Positions 52,901-64,000 of a DNA stretch of 64,000 nt are shown piece after piece. Numbering within the stretch: position 1 is the stretch's first letter; the number at the start of each line of letters is the position of its first letter. Source of the stretch: Paraglomus brasilianum (lineage: Eukaryota). The DNA lies in NCBI GenBank assembly GCA_910592345.1, contig CAJVPI010000005.1:1-64000 (forward strand), read 5' to 3'. A program made the translations under genes and the position numbers. Under the pieces are notes generated by a model. It saw only the letters and a program-made list of their open reading frames with translations, did not search any database and had not been told where the DNA came from.

Positions 52901-53738
52901 TGTGTCTTTGTTCATAGAGTCGTCGCGAAGGTAGGAATTTGTGAATGCAAAAGTATTGACGTATAGTTAATAAGAATGTTTTATTAAATTAAGCTGATTT
53001 TTCTTTTTCTAGTCGAGAGCTGTTTATTACACACATTTTGACGAGATATTTGCACTCTGAGACTAATGATCAATTTGAAAAGTTGCTAACGGATGAATTA
53101 AAGATTCCTCCCGAATGGATATTCATAGCGAAGGTATAGTATATCAATTAAAATTTATTGGCTCTTATATTATTTGACAATTATTTATTGTTTATTCTAT
53201 TTCCGACAGGGTATTAATGCCAAGTACAAAGATGATGTATTTGACGAAGCGCTTTATTTCCTTGAAGCAGGACGTCATGCTTACGTACATGATCTAGTAG
53301 TTGATAGCCTAGCGCCTGCCGCCGTACTAATGAATAATATTGCACCATTGTATCAATTGGTGAAGAAAATAAATCCAGACGAAGTGCCTTTGTGGGATTT
53401 TGGTGGAAATGTAAGTACTATCCATTTTATACGTTACATTACATGACATCGATTTACCGTTTGCTAACATTTCCGATGTTTGTTAGCTCTACATGAAATA
53501 TGCGACATTCCTGGATCTCGCAACGGAGACAGAGCCGAGCACGTCAACGCTCATATCCATTGCATCTCTTGGGGATGATATATTGAAAATACTTGAGAAA
53601 TTGGAAGCCAAGAATCCATGGCAAACGCGATGTTATGCACACATGCATGTTATTGTGACAAGTAGAACCCTTGCATGCCGAGGACAGGATTTCGATTCCA
53701 TTACATTTGGAGACGATGACGTGTTGGATATAGATTGA
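46945..53738 (+). CDS. NUP98: Nup98-Nup96 precursor nucleoporin (Nup145/Nup189 type), ~13 exons
   Basis: FG-rich N-terminal exons, GLEBS-like FHTISAMPAYKNFSFE|ELRLRDY, autoprotease domain (YWTSPSLSEL..FTIGRGDLGQIHF..KPPVGQGLNVPA..WTFLVQHFTKYGL) and Nup96 part (GHSFRAGWGP, DWKRTLGMHFWY). Confidence 0.95.
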
Positions 53739-55198
53739 GGATGGGAAGGAATAGAACGAAAACGGTAATTTTGTAAATGTAATTTCTAATAAAATTAAAT
53801 ATATCACCAAAAGTATGCGTTCTTTGTTTTTACATTTGATTTGACAATTGCCCGCTCATTATAGGACTTTATGTCCCTTTTTGCATAATACCTAATATTT
53901 TGGTTGGGCCAATCTTACATATTTTATCCTTTTAGACATGCTGCTATTTATTTCGAGGTGATAACCTAATCCATCGGAAGCTGGTCGACGGCAACTCCCT
54001 TTCTCAATCAAATTGTTAAGGTGAGTCGCGTGTAACGCGTGATAATACCAGGACTTGACCAGGTTGCAATCAAACGCCACAATAACAGTATATCGAAACT
54101 TTGAATGCTTTACATCAGACCAATCATGACTGGTTGAATTAAAATATCACGCTACTCATAGTTTGGCAGCGGTTGAATATCTTGAAAATTTATGTAAGGT
54201 CTTGAAAAGAATACAATGGCTAAAATAGATAACAGTATCAACAATCTGAAAGGAAAGACTACAATAGCCTCATTGGTAAAATTTAGGAATATTCCGCATT
54301 CAAGAAGTTAGAGTCGAAGATTTGGTTGATTCAATGACTGTAGTACGTGACGGCCTATCGTTCGTGAAACAAGATATAGACCAATTAGGCATTATGAGTA
54401 TGTTGATAGATAATAATCATCTTCGTAATCCGCATATGGACGTTGACGGTGTTAATATTATCGTTATGCATAGTTTTAGTTTTATTTATGGAAGTAGAAA
54501 TCACAATATTTTCCTACTTTACATTTATAAATTGTCTGCGTTAATAAACAATCAAGTATTTCCTAATGTTCGTATAATGTGCTACTTATTTATCGAGTGA
54601 CTCTTTCTCTTCTAGTCTGACTATTTCACTAACAACGCACAAGATGACTGACAGTAATTCTTAGTCGAAGAGACGTATTTAGAGGATACTTTATTTGATG
54701 CATTCTTCTCGTCGTTAGTATATCATAAGACATACAGCATTGATGTATTTACTTGTAACATCGACGGGACTTTCAAATATAGATAGAGCTTCGACAATTT
54801 CGATAGACAATAGTTGTCCACGTAAAGTCAATTCGAAAGAAACGAGCGTTCTCTCGAACTGATTATAAGGTATCAGAAGTTTGAGTAGCATAATGTGTTA
54901 AGTGGCCAGGATCACAGATTCGCTTTAAACATGTCAACGAGCCCCCAAATCATTACATATGGTTAGCCAAAACGTCTAATAGACGAGTTCTTGTTGACGA
55001 AGAGGTTTTATTGATATAGCTTACAAATCAATAAACTTTCTTGGTATTCCTGGCAAACCTTGCCAAGGATTAATCAAACAATACTCAAGCAAGTTATTTG
55101 CAAGAAAGCAATGTGGTCGGTTAATTGTTATAATAAAATTGTAACAACAGGTTTCCTCACTACTTTTACGCAAAAAACACACAAGTCGAAAACCAATC

Positions 55199-55913
55199 TT
55201 AACGAGACTTCAGATAATCAATGAGCACGTTCTTGGCCTCAGACTCGTCTCCGTAATCCTTCACCACCACACATGAACATCCGACTACTTTTCGCGGGTT
55301 ACCCTCTCGGTCGATCTTGCACAGACCAGCCCATTCACCCAGTTTCTTGGCATCCGCTATTTTGATTAGGTGAATGTTATGCTCAGCACACAGCGCTTCG
55401 ACGAGTTTGACGTATTCCTTTTCGGTGCATGTCTCAACAAGGACGCACAAATGAGCTTGGCGCCGGTCCAAGGCTTTGGCACATTCGCGTAGTCCGCGAG
55501 CCAGACCGTCAGCGATTAAAGCACGTTTTAGAACATTCTGAAGGGCATCTTCGACCGACTATTGTTTAGGGTTTGAGAATATGGGCAAGATAGAGATGGA
55601 TGTGAGTTCATATTAGGTTCGAGTCGGAATAGTGGTTCATATATTATCATGCTATATTAATTTGATTCGTTTTCATTTAACCATTGATAAAATTAGAGAT
55701 TATCAATAATTATTTGACTATCCAAAAAATATTTTCGCTCATCATACGACTAGTCAAAAGATACCATTCTCTTTGTTATTCAACTTCACGAATTCAATAA
55801 CTATTACAAACCATTTGTCCCTTTGAGATACTCTCAACAACGACGGTTTCTTCCATTTCGTTATTGACTTCTCCCTCCTCGGCATCATCTCGGTCCTCTA
55901 CCAAAGGCGGCAT
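55199..55913 (-). CDS. RPS12: 40S ribosomal protein eS12
   Basis: [73 protein letters not shown]. Start is tentatively 55913 (MPPLVEDR..). Further upstream exons near 56040-56120 are possible. Confidence 0.95.
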
Positions 55914-56874
55914 GGCAGTAGTGTTTCACGGAAAAACAGTATTCGTATGGTATTGAGACGTCCTCACTAGAGAATTCAATGTTATATAGGTTATGTTTTT
56001 TTCTTTTTTATATCAATGGGCGTAACAAACGACAAGTCTGACTGAAACACATTTGTTTCTTGTATCAAATATCATATCTTAATTTCAATTCATAGATGGA
56101 TGGATAGAACATACATGATGCGCTTTGGTTTTCTCCTCCTTGGTACAAGTCTCTAATCAAAGTAAGGATCAAACCAAGTTTGAATCTTAAGGAGCTTTTC
56201 TTCTTTTCACACACAACGGATTAAATTTTTGGTATCATGTGATGTCCATTATACATCAGCCCATTGTAATTGGCCCAATAAAAGTTAGTTATTTTGTTAA
56301 TACACGAGTTTGTTGATAACCCTATGATTGGCTGTCACAATTGTAAAGAGCCACCATTGTTGATATTTTTAGAATGTATAAGCTTCAACTTTTACATCGC
56401 TTTTATCAAAAGAATGTCTTGTAACAAATAAACTTGCAAAGCACAGGTGAAATCGTTGCTGCCACAGGTAACATTTACGCGTTCTGTCACCTTACCCGAA
56501 TAATCCTCGTAACCCGCTTGCCAATATGAACTGCGGGGTTTGAAACATCTCTCGGACCAAGTGAGTAAATTTGTTGAGAGCGTTATAGTCAATGTTATCC
56601 ATATTCATATGCATTTCATTCTTGGATGACTCTCACTTTAAGCTTGCTGCACAATATGAAGAGGCCGTCTTTATGATAGAGCCTATATAATAAGATGAGA
56701 ATTTTCTCCGAGTACTTGTAGAGTGGTTGTATCCGAAGTTACGCGCAAAAAGTCAGAGATTGAAAGTGCACCGTGGTCACGGCTTGCAAGTCACTAGTTA
56801 GGTACTACTACTTAGTGTATGTATCGAAAGTTACGCTGTCACTAGAAGGTTTCGGAAGCACAGCGGGTGTAATA

Positions 56875-57046
56875 CACAGTGACTCTCTTTAGAGTGTATC
56901 AAAAAAAATCTACTAGTAAAAAATTCTCAAAAATACACTATATCGGATAGCATTTATTATAGATGGTTTTGAATCCTTATCCACTATATCGCGATTTTAA
57001 TTAGTCTTCACTATAAAAGAGGTACACTATAAAGGGAGCCACTGTG
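56875..57046. mobile_element. 172-bp MITE with TA flanks
   Basis: 26-bp imperfect TIR CACAGTGACTCTCTTTAGAGTGTATC vs reverse complement CACAGTGGCTCCCTTTATAGTGTACC. Internal TACACTATA-like repeats. Confidence 0.82.
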
Positions 57047-57205
57047 TACATCGAACCTTTGTTACCGAAAAGCTGTAATAACCTGAATAGGATACATTAA
57101 AGAGCGCTTGACTACGATATAGTAATATCGGCTAAACGAATGTTCTTGACAATGATGACACAAGTACTCTATTATTAATATTCCTTATTTTTACTAGAAA
57201 CTATA

Positions 57206-57830
57206 ATGGATAATTTTGGAATGGCCAACATCTCATTCTAGACCACAACAACTGGTGGCTTGTCGATGGCATGGACATCATTGGGTTATATCAGATTGTT
57301 GCGGCCGCTGCTAGTAATTTGCTAACAAATGAATTAAGTAAGTGTTTACAGGAACGATCCAATGTAAGAATTATAGACGGGCGGTCAGTAAGTATTAATT
57401 TTGTACCATATTAATGTATAATAATAATGTTACAAATAACCAAGTTGTGAATGGTTTGTTATAGAACCATCCGTAGTTCGGGAGTTGAAGGGACGCTTAT
57501 CAAATGTCCAACAGATCAAGCTTCTGCAGAGGAACAATAGAAACTGCAGACGCGTCCACTTTCGAATTCATACTCGTTGATGAGAATGAAATTGTTACGA
57601 ATCTGATGGAGGTTCTCGCAGAGAGGAATAGTTTGGATAATGAGGGAGGCCTTCGAATTTCAACAAGGGAGAAGGCTTTCCTATATTATATTTTCATTGC
57701 TATTTGTATTTTTATAGTAATAGGCGTTGCTACATTTGTGTATTATTTAAATCATGTACTTATTTCATTTGTTATTGTGACCACAGTAGCGTGGCAGTCA
57801 TTTGATGATGAATACAACTTTTGTAGATAA
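57206..57830 (+). pseudogene. Possible decayed gene for a C-terminally membrane-anchored protein
   Basis: Hydrophobic C-terminal ORF 57504-57830 and an apparent intron 57384-57463. The upstream part has stops and frame breaks. Confidence 0.3.
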
Positions 57831-57982
57831 TTAATGTAGATCTGACTATGGTTTATTTCAACATGATGTGTTGGTAAGCAATCTCTTAATTTCTATGACA
57901 TTTCTATTAATAGAAATTCAATATCCAAATTAGCTAAAGTATCGAATTGACATCATTATTATATTATCTCGACATGTACGTG

Positions 57983-58640
57983 TGTAACAAAGGTTTTTAT
58001 TACTTATTGCTCACAAACTACTGCATAAAAAATAAAGCCTATAATCTAAAGTTTTATTGACATGAAATTAATAATTTATTCTTTCATCATTGTTTTCTAT
58101 TATCTCCTCATTGACATTATTCGGAATATACTGCTCTAATTCTAGCCATACGCATTTCTACGTTTCTTTCAACACTGGCCCAAAGATTTTCAATAGGGTT
58201 TAAGTCTGGACTATTGAAAGGCCGGTCCAGAACTTCCGGAAAGTTTTCGCTAGGAAATGCCTGAGCAATATGACTTGTATCCTTTGGGTCATTATCTTGC
58301 TGGAAGCGCCAATTGCTCCTAAAAAGTTGGTTTATTTCTTGCGTATGACTTTGCAAAATATCAACGTAATGATTCGCATCCATAATGTTCCTAAAGCAAA
58401 ATAGGGAAGTTTTTCCGTGTCCCCATGCAAAGATTCTAGTCCGATCTTTAGGACCGCTGGACTGGTCATTCAGCCCTTATACCATTGGGTTATTGTGTTC
58501 TGAATAACTGAAAAGCAGTTTCGTCAGAAAATAATGTGGTTTCCCAATTGTCATTGAGGTGTCTGGTTGCCCAACTAACACGAGCTTCTCTATGAGCAAC
58601 CGCAAGCATAGGCGTCTTTAGAAATCCCACTGATGCTAGC
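57983..58640 (-). mobile_element. Tc1/mariner transposon 3' fragment, related to the 27123-28402 element
   Basis: TPMLAVAHREARVSWATRHLNDNWETTLFSDETAFQLFR, MDANHYVDIL..WRFQQDNDPK and NSPDLNPIENLW. Confidence 0.88.
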
Positions 58641-59163
58641 CCTATAAAGATGTACTGTACCTCTACCATCACCTACGACAACCCACCAGGATGATAAAGC
58701 AAACCTTCTAACCCAAATAAAAATAGCAGCAAAGTAGCAAGCTAGTTGCATTGATTGCAAGTCCCGTGAAATGTTCAATACAGACACCTTCTAGAACACG
58801 CTTGTCCCTCGTAATATCATTATTTCTTTGATTCGCATGGACTTTTAGACTTTTATGAACCAAAACTGAGTGATTGAATTATTAAGATATGGTAAAAAGG
58901 TACAAGATCCTTGAATCAGTAATAATAGAATATAAAGGTACAAAAGAATTGGTCAAACTCATTGGAGGGAGTAAGGAGTGAAAGACCAAGAAAATGAAGT
59001 TCATTGATGAGATGTATTTTATTTTGGTGCCACCCCGCAATATGCAGTTATATTATTAACCATTTTAGGCATTATGTTACATTTGAACTAAAATAAGGAC
59101 TGTCTCGATGAGTAATCTTTAAACTCGACGTTTCGTTCGCTTCAACGTAATTCAACTCTGTAG

Positions 59164-61197
59164 ATGAAAATTTTCCATAAATTTGGTATTGTTATCGTAA
59201 TTTGTGGTTTGTTGTGGTACGTCAAACGTAACTGACGGAATCGATTTCCCTTCGCCAAAGGTAGGAGCCAGCGATCCCAGCGGAATTTAACGAATGACAA
59301 ACTGACGATAGGGACGCTAGTGAATGAAGATATTTTAGATATCATTTTTTCATACGTGGAGCATCAGGATGACCAATTTAATTGTATATTAGTGCATTCA
59401 GTTTGGACTTTGGTATGTGGCACTTTACAATGTGAATATAATATGGGGTGAGGTGGTAAAAAAGCAAATTCAAGTATCAGTGAAATAGGACTCGCTTTTT
59501 CTAACCGCATGCTTTTGTTGTATCTATAGCCCATGCTGCGTCGCTTATGGCAAAAACCTCTATGGAGATCAGACAAATGCTACCGACGATTCATTTGGAC
59601 GCTGAGACGACAGACACCCTATTACCCGTATGGTACCTTGATACGCTCGTTAATATTTGGCAAGCAACCTAGCCGCCGCCATACAAGGTACATGCCTCAT
59701 TTCAGCTCCGAAGACCTCTCAATACTCTCTAATTATTGCAACGACATTAAAGAATTAGCCTTTGAGTTTACCCGAAAAGATGTTTTTCTTCAAAGAGACT
59801 CGATAAAGACTTTTTTGAAGAAATGTACAAATTTGACAAGGCTGGAATTCACCATAGGTGAATCGTTGGTAGATTCATCATGGATGCAGGGAATGCTGCA
59901 ACCAGTAAGAGAGGGAAAGTTATCTAACTTGCGATATCTCGCGTTCTATAGTATATTGTTTAATGAACCTATGTATTCTTCCATCATTACGGATTTGGCA
60001 CAAGGATGTCCAAAAATTATATCGTTTGAGACGCAATGGAAAATCCAAGCCGACACTTTGAAGATGATAATGAACTCTTTCCCCAATTTACAGTCAATAA
60101 GTTGTGGGATATTGGAGCGAGGAGGTTTGGAGATATTGGTTAACAAAGGTGGACGTTTGAGAAAATTAGAACTAGGCCATGTACATGATGAAATAACGCA
60201 GGACATGGCGGGAAGATTTCCAATATTGAAAGAATTAACTATTCATAAAGCTCCAAAAGAATTTGCCATGTTTGCTGAAAATTGGACAATACAACAGACG
60301 ATGATGACATTTATAGATTTAGATTGTAGAAATTTTAAACTTGACGAACTTTGCACGATCATGCGCAATTGTACGAAACTAGAGTCAATTACACTTAGAG
60401 GATGCAATGGTTTGAAAGCGGGAATGTTAGCATCAGTAGCAATGGAATGTAGTGACAGATTGAAATATCTAACTATATTCAATTATTTCTATCTGAGCGA
60501 TAATGAACTTGTTGAATTATCAGACAGATGTCGAAATCTGAAGCGGTTTGCTGTCTGGGGTACAGCGAAATTTACACAAGAGGGATATCGATATCTAGTA
60601 AAAAACAGCGTTAATCTAGTAACATTCTGTGGTAATTTTAAAGAGCTCACAACAAGGCATATTCTTTCCAGTATTATTGAGAGAGGACAATCCAACATAC
60701 AAGTATTTAAGACCGGATCTAGATTTCGCTTATACGGAAGAGGGAAACTTCACGAGGTCGTTTATGTTCCGGAACCAAGCATGGTCAACGACGATCACAA
60801 ACTGACTGCCAGTATTCTTGTGGATTTTGCGCGTGCTGCACCATGTCTAAGAAAATTAAGATTGGATTATTTCTTAAAAGACCTTGATGGAAAGGTAAGG
60901 ATGCCTAGATATCGACTGGAAGTGTCACTGTTTACGTGGGAAGAGCCTTTTCAATTAATTGTAAATAATACTTGGTAGGACGTGGTGAGCGCAATACATC
61001 AGTTAAAAAACCTTGAAAAGTTGGCCTTTTCCCCATCTTTCAGTATCTCGCAAGAGAATCTCAGCGATTTGGATTCTCATCCTCGTTTAAAAAAAGTTCA
61101 TTTTTTCGGATATTACATTGAAGTTCGGAGATACATTGAGATGAGAAGAAAAAAGAGACGAAAAGGCATACATATGACTTTCTCTATTTACACATAA
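59164..61197 (+). CDS. F-box / leucine-rich-repeat (RNI-like) protein, 4 exons
   Basis: F-box-like LVNEDILDIIFSYV..FNCILVHSVWTL|PMLRRLWQKP followed by LxxLxL and CxxLxxL repeats. The first exon at 59164 is tentative. Confidence 0.85.
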
Positions 61198-61644
61198 GAA
61201 AAAAAAGGAAGACTGTTGTATTGCAGAATTTAATACTAACAATTCTGAGAGTATCGCGTTGGTTTCGCGCGAAACCCTGATTATGCCTTGGACTTGTCGA
61301 TGTCGATGCGTTTCACATATTCGCAAGGATTAGTTACTTGTACAATTGTCCCGTAATAATAATCCACCATTCAAAGAATAATAAATTAATTGAGAGAATA
61401 TTTATTCGGATTAAACGAACACACGTGTATAATTCATGTCTGAGTAACGATCTCCTGAACCATTACTAATTGGAGGATTGATATGAGAAAGTACGAGTAT
61501 GAATTAAAGGAGTCGAAGGAGAAAGACCGGATAACGTAAACACTTGTACGACACCCCCATGTCAGTATATATATAATTGCTAGAGTGTAACACGTTGATG
61601 GATGAAAAATTCTCGCAGTTGTAAAACTCGCACATTATTCACAA

Positions 61645-63766
61645 ATGGAATCGTCTCAGAATTTGCCCACGAGATATCTTGTATCTGCACCCGGAAAGGT
61701 AATCCTTTTCGGTGAACATGCGGTAGTCTATGGCACGGTAAGGAAACATATTCGGGGGGCTATATAACGGATTGTTTTACTAATCAAATATGAGATATTC
61801 ACTATCGTAGCCGGCAATTGCTGGAAGTGTTAATTTGCGGACCTATTTGTTTACCGAAAAGAGAGAAGATGGAATCCTCGAAGCGTACGTTCCAGACATT
61901 GGATTAGATCAACCCGTGAAATGGAATACTGAATTATTTCCATATTCAAAAGTTGTCAACGATAAGAAAGGTATGTTTATTAATCTCCCCAGCACTTTTT
62001 ATAGGAAGATCGTCGTAAAATATGCAGGGTTCAATTAGTAAGTCATCGCCTAGACTATTATACAAAAATATTAGCGAGGCTTCTATATAGATAATAGATA
62101 TCCCAAGAAAGGATGCCAAACGTTAAATTACGTGCTTGTAGGGACTTTTTTCATTGACAGAGAAATATTTTCTTCCACGCGTTACTTGAAATATCATCAT
62201 GATGATTATGATGTCTGAACATATGTCCCTCTTGTTTGTCGTACAGTCACGAGATATTTGTTGTTTACTCATTTTTAGAGGAATTTAACGAAGAGCTTGC
62301 TGAATCACTCCGATCGCTTGCCGAAATTGAAAGCGACAAACCAGCTATAGTACGCCAACAACAAAGTGCAGCTTGCTTAGCCCTTCTTTATCTCTTCACC
62401 CTCCTCTCAAACAGATTCCCGGAAACTAAGTAAGTTCTATTATTCGGTTATTTCCCACATACATGATGTCCATTCAACGCTAACTTTCCACTTTGTCACA
62501 AGACGTGGATTGACGATCCATGTGCGTTCGGCACTTCCTGTTGGTGCTGGCTTGGGCTCATCCGCTTCATACTCAGTCTGCTTGACAACAGGACTGTTGC
62601 TCAACTTTGAATACATCTCTCTTACATCTGGCAGTCAAGGAGCAGAGCTGATTAACAAATACTCCTTTCTGGCAGAAAAGATTATTCATGGCAACCCGTC
62701 CGGGATCGATAATGCAGTTGCGACATTCGGTGAGAGAGCATTTTTTTGTATATGAAAAAAACAACAAACCAACGCTGGAACTAACGCATATCAAGTTTTA
62801 AGGTGGTGCTGTATTGTATAAGAAAGGATCAATGGAACCCCTGAAAGGGTATTCTGAGAGTATTGCCAACTAATTGACGTTTGGCTGAATTGAATAACAT
62901 TTTCAAAAATAATCTCTTTCCTTTCCCGACCTTAAGGTTACGCCCATTTCGTTTTCTCCTTACCAACACCAAAGTTGCTCGCGATACGAAAACGCAGGTT
63001 GCCAATGTTAGGATAAAATTTGATAAAGTAAGCATACTGTTTTTATACGATATGGGGTTAAAAAAAACGTAAATACTTGGCCCTTGACTGTTCGTATGAA
63101 TATCGTTGTTAGTATCCTGGGATTATCAAATCCATACTGGATGCAATTCAGAATATCAGCGACCATTTTAAAACAGTTCTTATCAATGAAGGTATGGTGA
63201 TGATAATCGAATTACTTTTATACTGCGATTTACAAAGGTGCTAATCCATTTATAGATAACAACATTACACAGGATACAATGCTTGAGGTCCGTTGATAGC
63301 ATATGTATGCTTGACTCCTTTTATACGCGCTAATTTATACTTTTTTTTTTGTAGGACCTGATCGATCTAAACCATTATTTAGTCAATTCACTGGGTGTGG
63401 GTCACTCCACACTAGACAGAGTACGCGAGATTACAGCACAATTTGGATTACATTCGAAGCTAACTGGAGCTGGTGGTGGTGGCTGTGCATTGACTTTTAT
63501 CCGAGACGGTGAGAATGCTGAACTCTGATTTTGTTACGATGTTCAAAATTGTGTGCTAAGATATTACTTTAATAGGCGTTCCACGCGCTACGATAGAGGC
63601 GGTTAAGAAGTCGCTCTCTTTACAGGGATTTGAATGCTTTGAAACTTTGGTGGGTGGACATGGTGCTGGCGCCTTGAATACAAATGATACCATGACTGCG
63701 CAAGAGTTTATGGAAGTCGGGTTGGAATGGTACGATGGAATTGACAGTTGGCGTTACTTTGCTTAA
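61645..63766 (+). CDS. ERG12: Mevalonate kinase (GHMP family), ~10 exons
   Basis: [53 protein letters not shown] and [11 protein letters not shown]. Confidence 0.97.
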
Positions 63767-64000
63767 CGCTCATAAGAAACTTAATTAATTTAATCAACGA
63801 GAATTAAGGTATTGGCTATCCATCAAAGGCTATATCTTTACAGGATTACTAGTAGGATACTATGATAGTTAGACCTATCATCGTCGGAATTTGCTGGTCA
63901 AATTTTTTGGGTAATTAAAGTTAAGCATTTATAGAGATAACCAACAGAAATATTCGGCAAAAGCCGTTGCGCGCACTCTACAATAAATTATGCTTTGGTG

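Noticed and set aside
55713..55758. SECIS-like ATGA..AAA..GA hairpin
   Set aside because: Helix II is too short and unpaired, the location is intronic, and there is no UGA-containing selenoprotein ORF nearby.
62849..62936. ERG12 intron starting GTATTCTG as a second U12 intron
   Set aside because: It mismatches GTATCCTT at +5 and +8 and has no properly spaced TTCCTTRAY branch site.
4142..63766. Lipid/phosphate 'cluster' (MBOAT, INO1, PHO91-like, ML, ERG12)
   Set aside because: The genes are spread over 60 kb among unrelated housekeeping genes. Nothing in the sequence indicates co-regulation.

Overview
AT-rich, intron-rich eukaryotic (fungal) DNA. Short GT-AG introns, Sel1-repeat and secreted ML-domain genes, pogo/Tc1/Sola-like relics and a U12-type intron suggest an early-diverging fungus, most likely Glomeromycotina/Mucoromycota (inference, not proven). 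About 15 genes can be read: a 2OG-Fe(II) oxygenase, an MBOAT/wax-synthase acyltransferase, a SIKE-family coiled coil, TAF9, INO1, a 4-TM protein, an SPX-domain Pho91-like phosphate transporter, OGG1, a MULE-derived DNA-binding protein, an ML lipid-binding protein, an ALDH8A1-like dehydrogenase, Nup98-Nup96, RPS12, an F-box/LRR protein and mevalonate kinase. Between them lie decayed DNA transposons and several TA-flanked MITEs. The most notable observations are (1) a clear minor-spliceosome (U12 GT-AG) intron inside the SPX ligand-binding motif of the phosphate transporter, (2) a tandemly duplicated block upstream of INO1 with a MITE in one copy and the empty site in the other, (3) an intact, intronless, catalytic-core-less transposase-derived protein, and (4) a GC-AG intron plus an 8-nt microexon in the ALDH gene. 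No CRISPR, rRNA or tRNA was recognised, and I cannot support a multi-gene novel system. Exon boundaries were read by eye and may be off by a few bases.
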